64,000 nucleotides of DNA from a virus (IMGVR_UViG_3300043205_000005:2532-66531), one strand, 5' to 3'. Counted from the first letter of the stretch, positions 38,136-47,714 are shown. Translations and numbers: made by a program. The notes: generated by a model not told the origin, from the letters alone.

Positions 38136-39937
38136 ACGGCCCTTTCGCCCGCACCAAACTCGAACAATTCGGCAAACTCCTGACCGAATATCAGCGGCGC
38201 AAGGCCAAAGCCGAACAATCGCAACGCGGATGGTACGACGGGAATGGTGTTCGTCAGGGTGGGTTGATCGCGTTCGTGCGGTATTTCTGGTCGGTGCTGG
38301 AACCGAAGACGCCGTTTGTTGACGGGTGGCCGCTATGGGCTATGTGCGAACATTTGGAGGCTGTTACTTTTGGGGAGATCACGCGGCTGCTGATGAACGT
38401 TCCGCCCGGCTTTATGAAGTCGATGCTGGTCGATGTGTTCTGGCCGGCGTGGGAGTGGGGGCCGATGAAGAAAACCCACTACCGTTATATCGCCTTTTCG
38501 TATTCGGCTTCACTGACTGAGCGCGACAACGACAGATTTCGCACGCTGATTACGCACGAATCTTATCAGCGGCTTTACGGGCCGATGAAGACGAAGGTTA
38601 AGACCGAAACGATGGCGTTTGAGGAACGCGATGAGTCCGGGCAAGTGACGCTGCGCAATAAGACGACGATCAAGGTGATTAATACGCATACGGGTTGGAA
38701 GTTGGCGTCGTCTGTTGGCGGTGTGGCGACCGGCGAGCGTGGTGATCGGATTATCATTGACGATCCGCACAGCGTGCAGGAAGCGGAATCCGAACGAGTT
38801 AGAGAAGAAACTGTGCGATGGTTTCGGGAATCTATTTCGTCGCGGTTTAATGATCTTTCGACCGGCGCAATGATTATCATCATGCAGCGCGTTCACGAGG
38901 CGGACGTGTCGGGCGTCGCGCTTGGTGCTGAGTTCGATTATTGCCATTTGATGATTCCATGGGAATTTGATTCGGCGCGGCAGACTGACGAACAGGGCGA
39001 ACCCATTCCGACAACAATCGGATGGACTGATCCTCGCGAGGAAGACGGCGAAGTGGCTTGGGATGCTCGATTTGCCGAAGGTTCGATGGAGCGCACCAAA
39101 CGGGAAATAGGCCCCTACGGCTGGGCCAGCCAATACGCGCAGTCGCCTCAACCGCGCGGCGGCGGCCTCTTCAAACGCGAGTGGTGGCAATTATGGGAGC
39201 CTGACGACGGCAAATTCCCAATTTTTGATCTAGTCGTCGCTTCACTCGACGGAGCGTTTACGGAAGACGAAGAGAACGACCCGTCCGCTCTCTCGGTGTG
39301 GGGAACTTTTGTCCATCCGGATACCAAAAAGAATTCGATAATGCTTATTCATGCATGGCGCAAGCATTTGGGGTTTTCGGCGGCGCGCTTTGAGCGATTG
39401 CAATTGGAATCCGTGATCGACGGGCAACGATGGCTTCCGGAAATTATTGTGCCTGGCATGGACGAGACCGAAGTCAAGCGTCGCAATGTTCGATTTAAGC
39501 GGCGGACCCAAAGCAAGTGGGGTCTCGTGGAGTGGGTCCAAAATACATGCGCGACGTATAAGGCCGATCTGTTGCTAATTGAAAACAAAGCAACCGGGCG
39601 CCCGGCGGCACAAGAGATTGCGAATCGGTACGGACTACAGCGGTTTGGAATCCAGATGTGCGAGCCGAAAGGTGACAAAGTAGCGCGTGCGTTGTCTGTG
39701 CAGCCGACGTTTGCGCAGGGCTTGGTTTACGCCCCAGAACGCGAGTGGTCGGAACTCGTGATTGCCGAAATGGAGGTTTTCCCGAAAGGCGCGCGTGATG
39801 ACCTGACCGACACGGCCACTCAAGTGATGAAATATTTCCGCGATGCTGGCTTGGCGATGACCGACGAAGAAGCCGCCCACGAGGAATACGAGCGCGGTTT
39901 GCACAAGCCGCAGCGGAAGGCGTTGTATCCGGTCTAG
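38099..39937 (+). CDS. terL: Terminase large subunit
   Basis: NVPPGFMKS (Walker A-like), IIIDDPH (Walker B), RNase-H-like C-terminal DGA..D..D..DD. Confidence 0.9.
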   Translation: MRRNVHQEYSEMNGPFARTKLEQFGKLLTEYQRRKAKAEQSQRGWYDGNGVRQGGLIAFVRYFWSVLEPKTPFVDGWPLWAMCEHLEAVTFGEITRLLMNVPPGFMKSMLVDVFWPAWEWGPMKKTHYRYIAFSYSASLTERDNDRFRTLITHESYQRLYGPMKTKVKTETMAFEERDESGQVTLRNKTTIKVINTHTGWKLASSVGGVATGERGDRIIIDDPHSVQEAESERVREETVRWFRESISSRFNDLSTGAMIIIMQRVHEADVSGVALGAEFDYCHLMIPWEFDSARQTDEQGEPIPTTIGWTDPREEDGEVAWDARFAEGSMERTKREIGPYGWASQYAQSPQPRGGGLFKREWWQLWEPDDGKFPIFDLVVASLDGAFTEDEENDPSALSVWGTFVHPDTKKNSIMLIHAWRKHLGFSAARFERLQLESVIDGQRWLPEIIVPGMDETEVKRRNVRFKRRTQSKWGLVEWVQNTCATYKADLLLIENKATGRPAAQEIANRYGLQRFGIQMCEPKGDKVARALSVQPTFAQGLVYAPEREWSELVIAEMEVFPKGARDDLTDTATQVMKYFRDAGLAMTDEEAAHEEYERGLHKPQRKALYPV

Positions 39938-39943
39938 GGTTGT

Positions 39944-39976
39944 GTCACGATAGCGGAGCGACAGCGGTGTGGTCAC
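39944..39976 (+). repeat. Bipartite element, short form
   Basis: GTCACGATAGCGGAGCGACAGCGGTGTGGTCAC; spacing 28; 6 nt after the terL stop. Confidence 0.8.
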
Positions 39977-40657
39977 CTAATGTGCGATGATCTTTTGCGT
40001 GTGACAATCGTCCGATACGACAAAGACTTGCTCGGTCTGTCGGGGCTTGTTCACGACGATGGAACGGTGGAAGTATTCTGCGATAATCCAACGGAACGTT
40101 TGAAATTACCACCGGGCACTTTCGCAATCATTCAAGACATTCGAGCGCGACGGGCAGTCGCATGAACCCCGAATTCCCCCAAAAACCCATCCTCCTATCC
40201 CCAACTTCGCTGTCGGACCAGCAATTGGACTGTATTGATAAGTTGGCGCAGTGCTTGGAAGAAGCCAAGAAAGGCAATGTGTTTACGGTGGGAATCATCG
40301 TGTGTATGAAAATGGGGTTTGCGACGACCATCGGTGGAACGGATGCCGGGTCGCTGAATCTAGGGTGCGATGCGTTGAAACAGCGTATCTTGGAAAACGT
40401 TGTGGATGAAGGTAGGGTGAAGCCGGGTCATGTTTCGATTATCAGGGGTAGATAATGACCGATTTGGTTCAGCGGCTGCGGGATGCTCATTCGATGGCGC
40501 TACAAGCCGACTTTGCGCCAGATAAGGCTGGGCTATATCGCGAGGCTGCGGAAGAAATTGATCGGTTACAGTCTCTTCTTGGTGCTGTTTCTTCCGGTCA
40601 ATCTGTGGCTGATATCAAAGAACATTTGCGGGGTCTCAAAAAGGAAAAACCAGATGC

Positions 40658-40700
40658 GTCACGAGAGTCCACAACGGGTTGATGGACCGGACTCGGTCAA
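40658..40700 (+). repeat. Bipartite element, long form
   Basis: GTCACGAGAG...TGATGGACCGGACTCGGTCAA; spacing 38. Confidence 0.9.
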
Positions 40701-40832
40701 CCTTCGGCACGAGCCATGAAATTCAGTGACGAAGTTGCGCCCGGCATTCGGATGGAATATGGTCCTGACGTTTGGAAACGCGGCCACGATATTACCATCG
40801 TTTTGGTGAACGAACTGAAACACAAGAATCAG

Positions 40833-40865
40833 GTGACCGTCCCCGAATCACAAGCCCCTCGTGAC
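40833..40865 (-). repeat. Bipartite element, short form
   Basis: GTGACCGTCCCCGAATCACAAGCCCCTCGTGAC; spacing 28. Confidence 0.85.
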
Positions 40866-41023
40866 CCAAATGGCCGCTGATCTTCGCGCAGATTTACACA
40901 TTTGGTTCGCCGGGTGGATGGACACCTGTACCGCCGCTGGCATGTCGGAAGCCGAAGCGAAGGTGTGGATAGCGCGCCATTGGGGGTCTGTGAAATTACG
41001 CGCGGCTTATGAAAGTGCTGTTA

Positions 41024-43252
41024 ATGGCTGACCCCGCCGCCCAAACCGTGGAAGGAATCTCAATTGTCATTGAAGACGAAACGGGAAAAGTCACGACCGA
41101 CCCGGTGACCGGAACTGTTTCCACGCCACAGTCTGACGGCGGCGTAGTGGTACAATTAGACGCACATAGGCCGAGGAAAGACGGCGAAGACGACGGCAAT
41201 AAATTTTATCGCAATTTGGCGGATGATATTCAACCGAATGACCTGTCTCTCATTGCCAATGAATTACACGACCAGATATCCGCCGACGATAGATCGCGCG
41301 GCAACCACCTTGAAATCCGCGCCAGAGGCTTAGGACTTTTGGGGCTCGAACTGAAAGAACCCCGAGCTACAGTCGGCGATACATCCGCCGCGGTCGAAGG
41401 CCAATCCACGGTCACGAATCCTCTCCTACTCGAAGCCTGCCTCAAAGGCTGGGCCAATGCGCAAGCTGAATTGCTTCCATCCGATGGTCCGGTGAAAGTA
41501 GCAAACAAAGACGACAAGGCGATTGAGGCCGAAGACAATCTCGCCGACGCCTTTGAGCGCGACATCAACCACTATTTGACGAAAACCGCGACCGAATATT
41601 ATCCCGACACGTCGCATATGCTGCTGTGGGGCACGTATTTTGGCGGATCGGGTTTCAAAAAAATCTATCGCTGTCCGATGAAGCGTCGGCCGGTTTCGGA
41701 AAGCGTCGATGAAAAAGATTTGATCGTTTCGGACACAACGAAAGACCTCCGATCCTGCGCGCGAATCACCCACCAGATTCCCATGCGACCTTCGGTGATG
41801 AAGCGTATGGAGTTAAGCGGTTTTTATCGGCGCGGGCCGGTAACGACGCCATCGCCCCCATCACCAAATGCCGTTGATGCGAAGATTGCGGGGATTCAGG
41901 GCACTGACCCGACGCCTCAGCAAGCGCGGCCGGAAGATCAGCCCTACACAATTTGGGAATCTCAATGCGAGCTTAATCTCCCTGAATACGCTCCAGGCAA
42001 GTTCAAGAATGAAGGAATTCCGCTTCCCTATCTCGTGACGATGGATAAGGAATCCCGCGAGATAAAAGCTATCCGACGTGATTGGAAAGAGGACGACGAC
42101 GACTGCCAGCGGCGACGGATGTATGTGAAATATCCGTATGTGCCGGGGCCTGGGTTTTACGGGACTGGCCTTCTGAATATTTTGGGTAATGCGTCCTCTG
42201 CCCTGACTGCGGCGTGGCGGCTTGCGCTAGATTCGGCGATGTTTGCTACGTTCCCGTCGTTCCTGGTGGCGAAACTTGGTGGAAGGCAGAACACGTCCGA
42301 CTTTCGTGTAGGTCCTGGAACCGGCGTTCCTATCGAAACGAACAATCAACCCATCGCAAATATCATTTCTCCGATGCCTTACAAGGACGTGGGGCCGGGA
42401 ATGCTCGCACTGATAGACAAGGTGCAGCAGCAGACGGCGGCTCTATCTGCAGCGGGTGATATTCCGACTGCGGAGGGCGTAGCAAACGTCCCGGTCGGCA
42501 CGATGCTCGCGCAAATCGAACAAGCAACCAAAGTCGAGTCCGCCGCCCATAAGGGAATGCACCAAGCGCAGGCCGAAGAGATAGAATTGATCGTCGATTT
42601 ATTCCGCGAGAATCCCGAAGATTTTTGGAAATCCAACAAGGTCTGTCCGAAGGATTATTGGACCGAAGAAAAGTTCATTCAGGCTTTGAATAATTGTAAT
42701 CTTGAACCGGCGTCCGATCCCAATACGCCGTCGCATATTCATCGGGTGGCCAAGGGTGTGGCGCTTTCGCAGTTGATTGCGGTTCCGGCGTTCACGCCGA
42801 TTATGGATGCGCGCGGAACGCTGAATACCATTCTAGGGGTGATTCGGCAGGACCCGACAAATATCGTATTGCCACCGCAAGGACCGGCACCGCCCGCTCC
42901 CGATCCGCAGATGATCGTTGCGCAAGCCAAGGTAACGCAAGCCAATACCGCGCAGGTCAAGGCGCAGACCGATGCCCAGACCAGCGCGGCGGAACTCGAT
43001 ATCAAGCGCCAGCAGCTTGTGGCCGACCAGAATATAGCCTCGGTCGATCTGGCCAAGGAACTCGTGATCCATAAGGATGATGCGGTGCATGACGCCAAGG
43101 TGGCTTCGCAGCAGCATGGGTTAGGGGTGGCTCAACACGGGCTGGCTTCTCAACAGGCTGTGCATGACGCTAATATGGACGTTGCGCAACATGCCTTGGA
43201 TGTGCATCAAGTGTTGAATCCGCCGCAGAAGACAGATTCGGGGACGGAATAA
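41024..43252 (+). CDS. Portal protein
   Basis: About 740 aa after terL; FYRNLAD..DDRSR..GLGLLG..YVPGPGFYGTGL; coiled-coil C-terminal barrel. Confidence 0.8.
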   Translation: MADPAAQTVEGISIVIEDETGKVTTDPVTGTVSTPQSDGGVVVQLDAHRPRKDGEDDGNKFYRNLADDIQPNDLSLIANELHDQISADDRSRGNHLEIRARGLGLLGLELKEPRATVGDTSAAVEGQSTVTNPLLLEACLKGWANAQAELLPSDGPVKVANKDDKAIEAEDNLADAFERDINHYLTKTATEYYPDTSHMLLWGTYFGGSGFKKIYRCPMKRRPVSESVDEKDLIVSDTTKDLRSCARITHQIPMRPSVMKRMELSGFYRRGPVTTPSPPSPNAVDAKIAGIQGTDPTPQQARPEDQPYTIWESQCELNLPEYAPGKFKNEGIPLPYLVTMDKESREIKAIRRDWKEDDDDCQRRRMYVKYPYVPGPGFYGTGLLNILGNASSALTAAWRLALDSAMFATFPSFLVAKLGGRQNTSDFRVGPGTGVPIETNNQPIANIISPMPYKDVGPGMLALIDKVQQQTAALSAAGDIPTAEGVANVPVGTMLAQIEQATKVESAAHKGMHQAQAEEIELIVDLFRENPEDFWKSNKVCPKDYWTEEKFIQALNNCNLEPASDPNTPSHIHRVAKGVALSQLIAVPAFTPIMDARGTLNTILGVIRQDPTNIVLPPQGPAPPAPDPQMIVAQAKVTQANTAQVKAQTDAQTSAAELDIKRQQLVADQNIASVDLAKELVIHKDDAVHDAKVASQQHGLGVAQHGLASQQAVHDANMDVAQHALDVHQVLNPPQKTDSGTE

Positions 43253-43253
43253 G

Positions 43254-43598
43254 ATGAAAGATTTGGGTCATTCACGCGGATTGCGAGTTTCAGCGCGGCG
43301 CAGTCACCCAATCGTTGGCGACGGAGTATCTTTGAATTCGAGCGAACATCCCTACACCGTTCGCGGCTGGGATGCTTTCGGTAAACCAATGGTGGAAATT
43401 ATTGAAATTGCTCCATCGCGGCCCAAACACCCGATCCTCTATTTTCTCATGCGCCTTACGCCGTGGTGGGCGTGGAATGTCTGGTATCGTCTCGGCTTCA
43501 CCAAAATGCGCATGATTACCAAAATTGTGCCGCTTAGCGCCGACAGTTTGGTGACCGAACAGTTATCACTTCCCTCTCGTGACACAACCGGAGCCTGA
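43254..43598 (+). CDS. Hypothetical ORF spanning an inverted-element pair
   Basis: Contains a degenerate + element at its start and a short - element at its end. Confidence 0.4.
   Translation: MKDLGHSRGLRVSARRSHPIVGDGVSLNSSEHPYTVRGWDAFGKPMVEIIEIAPSRPKHPILYFLMRLTPWWAWNVWYRLGFTKMRMITKIVPLSADSLVTEQLSLPSRDTTGA
43271..43307 (+). repeat. Bipartite element, divergent variant
   Basis: TTCACGCGG...TCAGCGCGG..AGTCAC; reverse complement shares CCGCGCTGA with the 8802 and 37522 copies. Confidence 0.45.
43551..43583 (-). repeat. Bipartite element, short form
   Basis: GTGACCGAACAGTTATCACTTCCCTCTCGTGAC; spacing 28. Confidence 0.9.
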
Positions 43599-43599
43599 C

Positions 43600-44439
43600 A
43601 TGGGCCACCCCTTCCAAGAGCACAAACAGCACAAAGTCGAGCGCCAGCGCGTTGCTCACATCACCAAGGGCTACGCTACGGGTGGTGGTGTCCATTCCGA
43701 CGAAGCCGCCGATGTGAAACTCATCAAGGCCAAGGTCAAGAAAACCGCGCTGCGGATGGATGGTGGGGCGGTCAAGCATCGCGCCGACAAACGCGCGCGC
43801 GGTGGGCGAACGAAGGCGAAAAAGGGAACGACCGTCAATATCATCAATAGCCCGCAGCATCCCCCGGTGCCTCCGATGATGCCGCCGCCGGGAATGGGTG
43901 CAGGAATGCCACCCCGCCCACCGATGGCTGGCCCTCCCATGCCACCGCCTGGGGTGCCGCCCATGCCGCCTGGTGGCGCTATGCCTCCCGGTGGTCCAAT
44001 GATGCCGCCGCGTCCAGGAATGCCGCCTCCCGGTATGCCGATGCGAGCGCGGGGTGGGCGAATCAAGGATGGGTCGGCTTGGAAAGAAGGGCTTAATGCT
44101 GGAACGCAGGTCCAGCACGCCGATGGCAAGAGCGACGGCAAAGACATCGGCCGCGGCAAGATCGTGACATTCAGAACTGGCGGCGGCGTGGTCAAGACGT
44201 TCCGTGCGGGCGGCGGCGTCGGTCAGACTTCCGGTTCCGCTGGTCCCGGCAGTTCGTACAAGCCGACATACGCTCGAACGAAGGAACCTTTGGCCCCCGA
44301 AGTGAAACGTGCGATGGGTGGTCGAGCTGAAGCTCCAAAGGGTGTGGAAAGCGCGAGTAAACTGCCGGGTGGTGCTGGTGGTGGCGAAGCGCGGCTTGCC
44401 AAAGAGCACCGCGCGGAGAAGAATTACAAGCGCGCGTAG
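43600..44439 (+). CDS. Pro/Gly/Met-rich GG-motif protein (probable internal head protein)
   Basis: Seven xxGG[R/G/A] motifs; PPM-rich tract. Confidence 0.6.
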   Translation: MGHPFQEHKQHKVERQRVAHITKGYATGGGVHSDEAADVKLIKAKVKKTALRMDGGAVKHRADKRARGGRTKAKKGTTVNIINSPQHPPVPPMMPPPGMGAGMPPRPPMAGPPMPPPGVPPMPPGGAMPPGGPMMPPRPGMPPPGMPMRARGGRIKDGSAWKEGLNAGTQVQHADGKSDGKDIGRGKIVTFRTGGGVVKTFRAGGGVGQTSGSAGPGSSYKPTYARTKEPLAPEVKRAMGGRAEAPKGVESASKLPGGAGGGEARLAKEHRAEKNYKRA

Positions 44440-44459
44440 CTTTAAGTCGGTGCGGATTG

Positions 44460-44491
44460 TTGACCGCACCGTAGTCCCTGTCTCTCGTGAC
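44460..44491 (-). repeat. Bipartite element, short form
   Basis: TTGACCGCACCGTAGTCCCTGTCTCTCGTGAC; spacing 27. Confidence 0.85.
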
Positions 44492-44526
44492 CCAAATCTG
44501 AACTGTTCAACTTCGCGTGTTTTAGG

Positions 44527-44760
44527 ATGGCAACCCAGCAACCCTCTGCGGTACGCTTTTTCGCGGTCGATCACCCTGCGGTGGCGGGGACGGTTCGTGA
44601 GCGGCTTGAGAAACGACGTAAGGATTTGGTTGAAGAACTAGCCTTTGCGAAAGACTGGGGTGACTATTCGCGCCGCGCTGGTCGTCTGGAAGGCATCGAC
44701 AACGCTATTCAGCATTGCATTGACGTTGAAACCGAATCGCAGGAAAGAAACAGAGAATGA
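44527..44760 (+). CDS. Hypothetical protein
   Basis: DWGDYSRRAGRLEGI; typical small gene before GroES-like genes. Confidence 0.55.
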   Translation: MATQQPSAVRFFAVDHPAVAGTVRERLEKRRKDLVEELAFAKDWGDYSRRAGRLEGIDNAIQHCIDVETESQERNRE

Positions 44761-45209
44761 GCGTTACTTCCGTCCGCAAACTCTCCGACATCGCCGAAGC
44801 CATCGGCAAAGGCAAAGACGCTAGGACCGTTCTGGTTGATGCGATCGGCAAGGACAATATCGAAAGTTTCGAGCCTTTTCACAATCTGATTCTGATCGCA
44901 ACTTACGTGCGTTCCGACATGACGAAGGGCGGCATTATCATCGGTGGTGACCGAACGCGCGCCGAAGATCGTTTCCAAGGTAAGATCGGGATGGTTCTCA
45001 AGGTTGGTCCCACGGCGTTCAAAGGCAAGACGCCGGAGAGTTTTGGCGGCGTCACGGTCAAAGCCGGCGACTGGATCATGTATAAAGCGTCGGATGCTCA
45101 TGAGTTTTTTTTCGTGGATGAAAAGTCCGCGCTCGATGGCAGCTCGTGCCGACTGATCGAGGATACGCTGGTGATGGGGCGGGTGGCTGATCCGGAGAGT
45201 ATTTTCTGA
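44757..45209 (+). CDS. GroES/Cpn10-like co-chaperonin
   Basis: TKGGIII...GMVLKVGP..VKAGDWIMY. Confidence 0.75.
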   Translation: MSVTSVRKLSDIAEAIGKGKDARTVLVDAIGKDNIESFEPFHNLILIATYVRSDMTKGGIIIGGDRTRAEDRFQGKIGMVLKVGPTAFKGKTPESFGGVTVKAGDWIMYKASDAHEFFFVDEKSALDGSSCRLIEDTLVMGRVADPESIF

Positions 45210-45586
45210 TGGCTGATTCGGGTCACGATAGTCCTGCGGTTGTTGATAGACCGGACTCGGTCAACAATCCTTATACAGACCGGCTTATTGCGCTCGGTCG
45301 AAGCGTGGATAAGGATATGGCTAAGGCGTCCATCGACAAATGCAACTGCATGATCCGTTACGCTCATATGGATACGCAGTTGCCCGCGATCCGAAAGGGG
45401 AAGGAGTTCTTTACGCCCGAAGGCTATGCGATAATTCCGCCGAACAGCTTTGAGGATATGGACTATCGCGCGATTCATAATCTCATGAAATCACGCGGGG
45501 ATGAGTATATTGGGCATATGTTTGCGCCGCTGCCGGCGGTGACCGCCCCGGAATCACCAACCTCTCGTGACACAAAAACTTCCTGA
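45209..45586 (+). CDS. Hypothetical ORF spanning an inverted-element cassette
   Basis: TGATG-coupled; both elements read in frame (HDS..RPDSVN; VTAPESPTSRD). Confidence 0.5.
   Translation: MADSGHDSPAVVDRPDSVNNPYTDRLIALGRSVDKDMAKASIDKCNCMIRYAHMDTQLPAIRKGKEFFTPEGYAIIPPNSFEDMDYRAIHNLMKSRGDEYIGHMFAPLPAVTAPESPTSRDTKTS
45222..45264 (+). repeat. Bipartite element, long form
   Basis: GTCACGATAG...TGATAGACCGGACTCGGTCAA; spacing 38. Confidence 0.9.
45539..45571 (-). repeat. Bipartite element, short form
   Basis: GTGACCGCCCCGGAATCACCAACCTCTCGTGAC; spacing 28. Confidence 0.9.
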
Positions 45587-45589
45587 CGG

Positions 45590-46579
45590 ATGGCACCAAT
45601 GGCTGACGACGAAATCGTAGTCGAAATCGAAAAAGAGGAACCGGAAAAGAAAGCCGGCGAGCAAACAACCGACGTTGCCGATGCACTCAAGGTGCAGTTG
45701 ACGGAACTGCAAGCGGAAACGGCGCGGGAAAAATCCGACAGGCTTGCCGCACAACAGAGGGAAACCGCGGCAACGCAGCGGGCGGAAGCCGCACAACGTG
45801 AAGTCGCGGAGACGCGCACGGAAATTACCGAAACACGCCTTGGGACAGTCGAACAAGGTTTGTCCGCCGCTCAATCTGCCTCCGATGCTGCAAAGACCGA
45901 ATACAAAGCCGCAATGGAGGCTGGCGATTGGAACAAGGCGGCAGAAGCACAGGAAAAACTCGCCGATGCCCGCTCAACTCTTGGGCGCCTCACGGAAGCC
46001 AAAGCTGATCTTGAAGTCCAGAAAAACCAACCGCAGCGGCGTGAGCAGAGAACCGAAGCGTCGCAGACTCAAGCTGATCCGGTCGAAGCATTTATCCAAG
46101 GTCGCGATCCCGGAACGCAGGCGTGGTTGCGCGAACATGCCGACGACGCAAGGGCGCTTGCGCTTGATCCGCAAGGCCGCCGGGCCGCAAAACTCAATGC
46201 CGCCGATTCGGACGCGCGAGCGGAAGGGCTTAAGCCTGGCAGCGGTGAATACTTCGACCACGTCAACAAATTCTTGGACGTTACAAAACCCAACGGCAAA
46301 ACCGCAAACGGCAACGGACAGACTCAACGCCGCGCTGCATCGGCACCTGTGGCGCCCGTCGCAAGTTCTGCCGGCGGGGTGAGTGGAGGGACGGAAGTGA
46401 GATTGTCAGCGCGTGAAGCGCGGTCGGCCACGGATGGCACCTTGATTTGGAATTATGATGATCCGTCCGGACAAAAGCGATTCAAGAAAGGCGATCCGAT
46501 TGGCGTCCAGGAAATGGCGCGGCGGAAATTGGCGCTGAAAGAAAGTGGGCAGTACGACAAGTCATTGACTGAGCAGTAG
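45590..46579 (+). CDS. Scaffold-like coiled-coil head protein
   Basis: Acidic N-terminus, long coiled coil; position between portal and capsid. Confidence 0.55.
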   Translation: MAPMADDEIVVEIEKEEPEKKAGEQTTDVADALKVQLTELQAETAREKSDRLAAQQRETAATQRAEAAQREVAETRTEITETRLGTVEQGLSAAQSASDAAKTEYKAAMEAGDWNKAAEAQEKLADARSTLGRLTEAKADLEVQKNQPQRREQRTEASQTQADPVEAFIQGRDPGTQAWLREHADDARALALDPQGRRAAKLNAADSDARAEGLKPGSGEYFDHVNKFLDVTKPNGKTANGNGQTQRRAASAPVAPVASSAGGVSGGTEVRLSAREARSATDGTLIWNYDDPSGQKRFKKGDPIGVQEMARRKLALKESGQYDKSLTEQ

Positions 46580-46581
46580 TC

Positions 46582-47100
46582 ATGACCCCGACTCCCGTCA
46601 AACGAACTGATCCGTTCGAGTTTCCGAAGCATATGGTGCCGCTCGGGTTGACCTATCAATGGTCGGCTGAAAAGGTAGTGGGCGAACCCAATACTTTTCA
46701 CAAGGCACTCCTCGACGCTGGTTGGATGCCGGTCCCGGCACAGTGGCACGCTCCCTATCCGGTGAGGGTGAAGGGAAATGTCCTACTTTGTCACGCCCAG
46801 GCGCGCGATGAGGAAGCCGAACGAATTGCCGGTACGGAAAAGAACGTCGAAAACTGGCGACAGAATTTTGGTGAATTCTCTGGCGGTGTGAGGATGCAAC
46901 AGCAGACCGCAGACGCCGTGAGCGAAGTCAAAACGATTCCGATGGGCGATCCCGGCTTGGCAAAAAAGATTATGCCACCATTCGTTCCGGAACTGCCGCC
47001 CACTCCGCGCGAACTGATGCCGCCGCCGCCCAAGGTTATTGTCCAGACGAAATCATGGTTGCAACGCCTTCATAATTTTTTTTCAGGAGAATACCGATGA
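46582..47100 (+). CDS. Head-module hypothetical protein (paralog B1)
   Basis: DPFEFPKHMVPLGLTYQW..GWMPVPA. Confidence 0.55.
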   Translation: MTPTPVKRTDPFEFPKHMVPLGLTYQWSAEKVVGEPNTFHKALLDAGWMPVPAQWHAPYPVRVKGNVLLCHAQARDEEAERIAGTEKNVENWRQNFGEFSGGVRMQQQTADAVSEVKTIPMGDPGLAKKIMPPFVPELPPTPRELMPPPPKVIVQTKSWLQRLHNFFSGEYR

Positions 47101-47714
47101 ATGAAGAACCGGAAACCGATATGCTGGACGACAGTGCGCCCGCGCGCCGAGGCCGCCCCCGCGGTAGCCGCAATCAACCGCGCGATCCGGTGCGCAGCGG
47201 TCCGCGCGTCTATCAAGGCCGCGACGGCGAAGAACTTTCGCGCCCGCGCAAGAGCGGCCTAGACCCGTTCTTCGTCCCGAAGAACTTTCCGCCCGAAGGT
47301 TGGGAATATCAGTGGTGCGCAACCGCCGCTGTGGGAAACAAGGAAGTCGTTCGCTCGCAGAATATCGAGTTTTTTCAAAACGGATGGCGTCCTGTTCCAG
47401 CAAAGCGCCATGACGGTTTCTTCCTGCCGAAAGGCGAAGATGGTCCGGTCATTGTGCGCGATCAAATGCTCATGGAGCGCCCCTCCGAAATGTGCCAAGA
47501 CGCACGCAACGAGGATCAGCGCAACGCGATCCAGCAAATGCGCGACCGTGACGAATCGTTGATGGGCGGCAAAGCCAATCTGAAAAACTCGATGCGCGAT
47601 GGCATTGAAATGGGTGGGAAATATCGCGGGACAGGCGGTAACTTGCGGATGTCGATCGATCCGGCGCTGGATGTTCCGATGCCGTCTCACAAGCTGGCCG
47701 AACCGGGCGAATGA
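47097..47714 (+). CDS. Head-module hypothetical protein (paralog B2)
   Basis: DPFFVPKNFPPEGWEYQW..GWRPVPA. Confidence 0.6.
   Translation: MNEEPETDMLDDSAPARRGRPRGSRNQPRDPVRSGPRVYQGRDGEELSRPRKSGLDPFFVPKNFPPEGWEYQWCATAAVGNKEVVRSQNIEFFQNGWRPVPAKRHDGFFLPKGEDGPVIVRDQMLMERPSEMCQDARNEDQRNAIQQMRDRDESLMGGKANLKNSMRDGIEMGGKYRGTGGNLRMSIDPALDVPMPSHKLAEPGE

Larger units (their letters stand above)
39980..41031 (+). other. Small hypothetical CDSs between terL and portal (39980-40165, 40162-40455, 40455-40682, 40716-40880, 40870-41031)
   Basis: Coupled ORFs interleaved with three repeat elements. Confidence 0.45.

Noticed and set aside
45222-45571. General intron-like removal restoring reading frames
   Set aside because: Deleting this cassette gives a 15-aa peptide that is out of frame with the downstream gene.
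35780-45590. Target-site duplications around paired elements
   Set aside because: Flanks of the 35791, 40658 and 45222 pairs show only an extension of the inverted repeat (TTTGN / NCAAA), not direct duplications.
46582-46600. GACCCCGACTCCCGTCAA resembling the long-form 3' box
   Set aside because: Two mismatched blocks and no upstream TCACG box; explained by coding (MTPTPVK).
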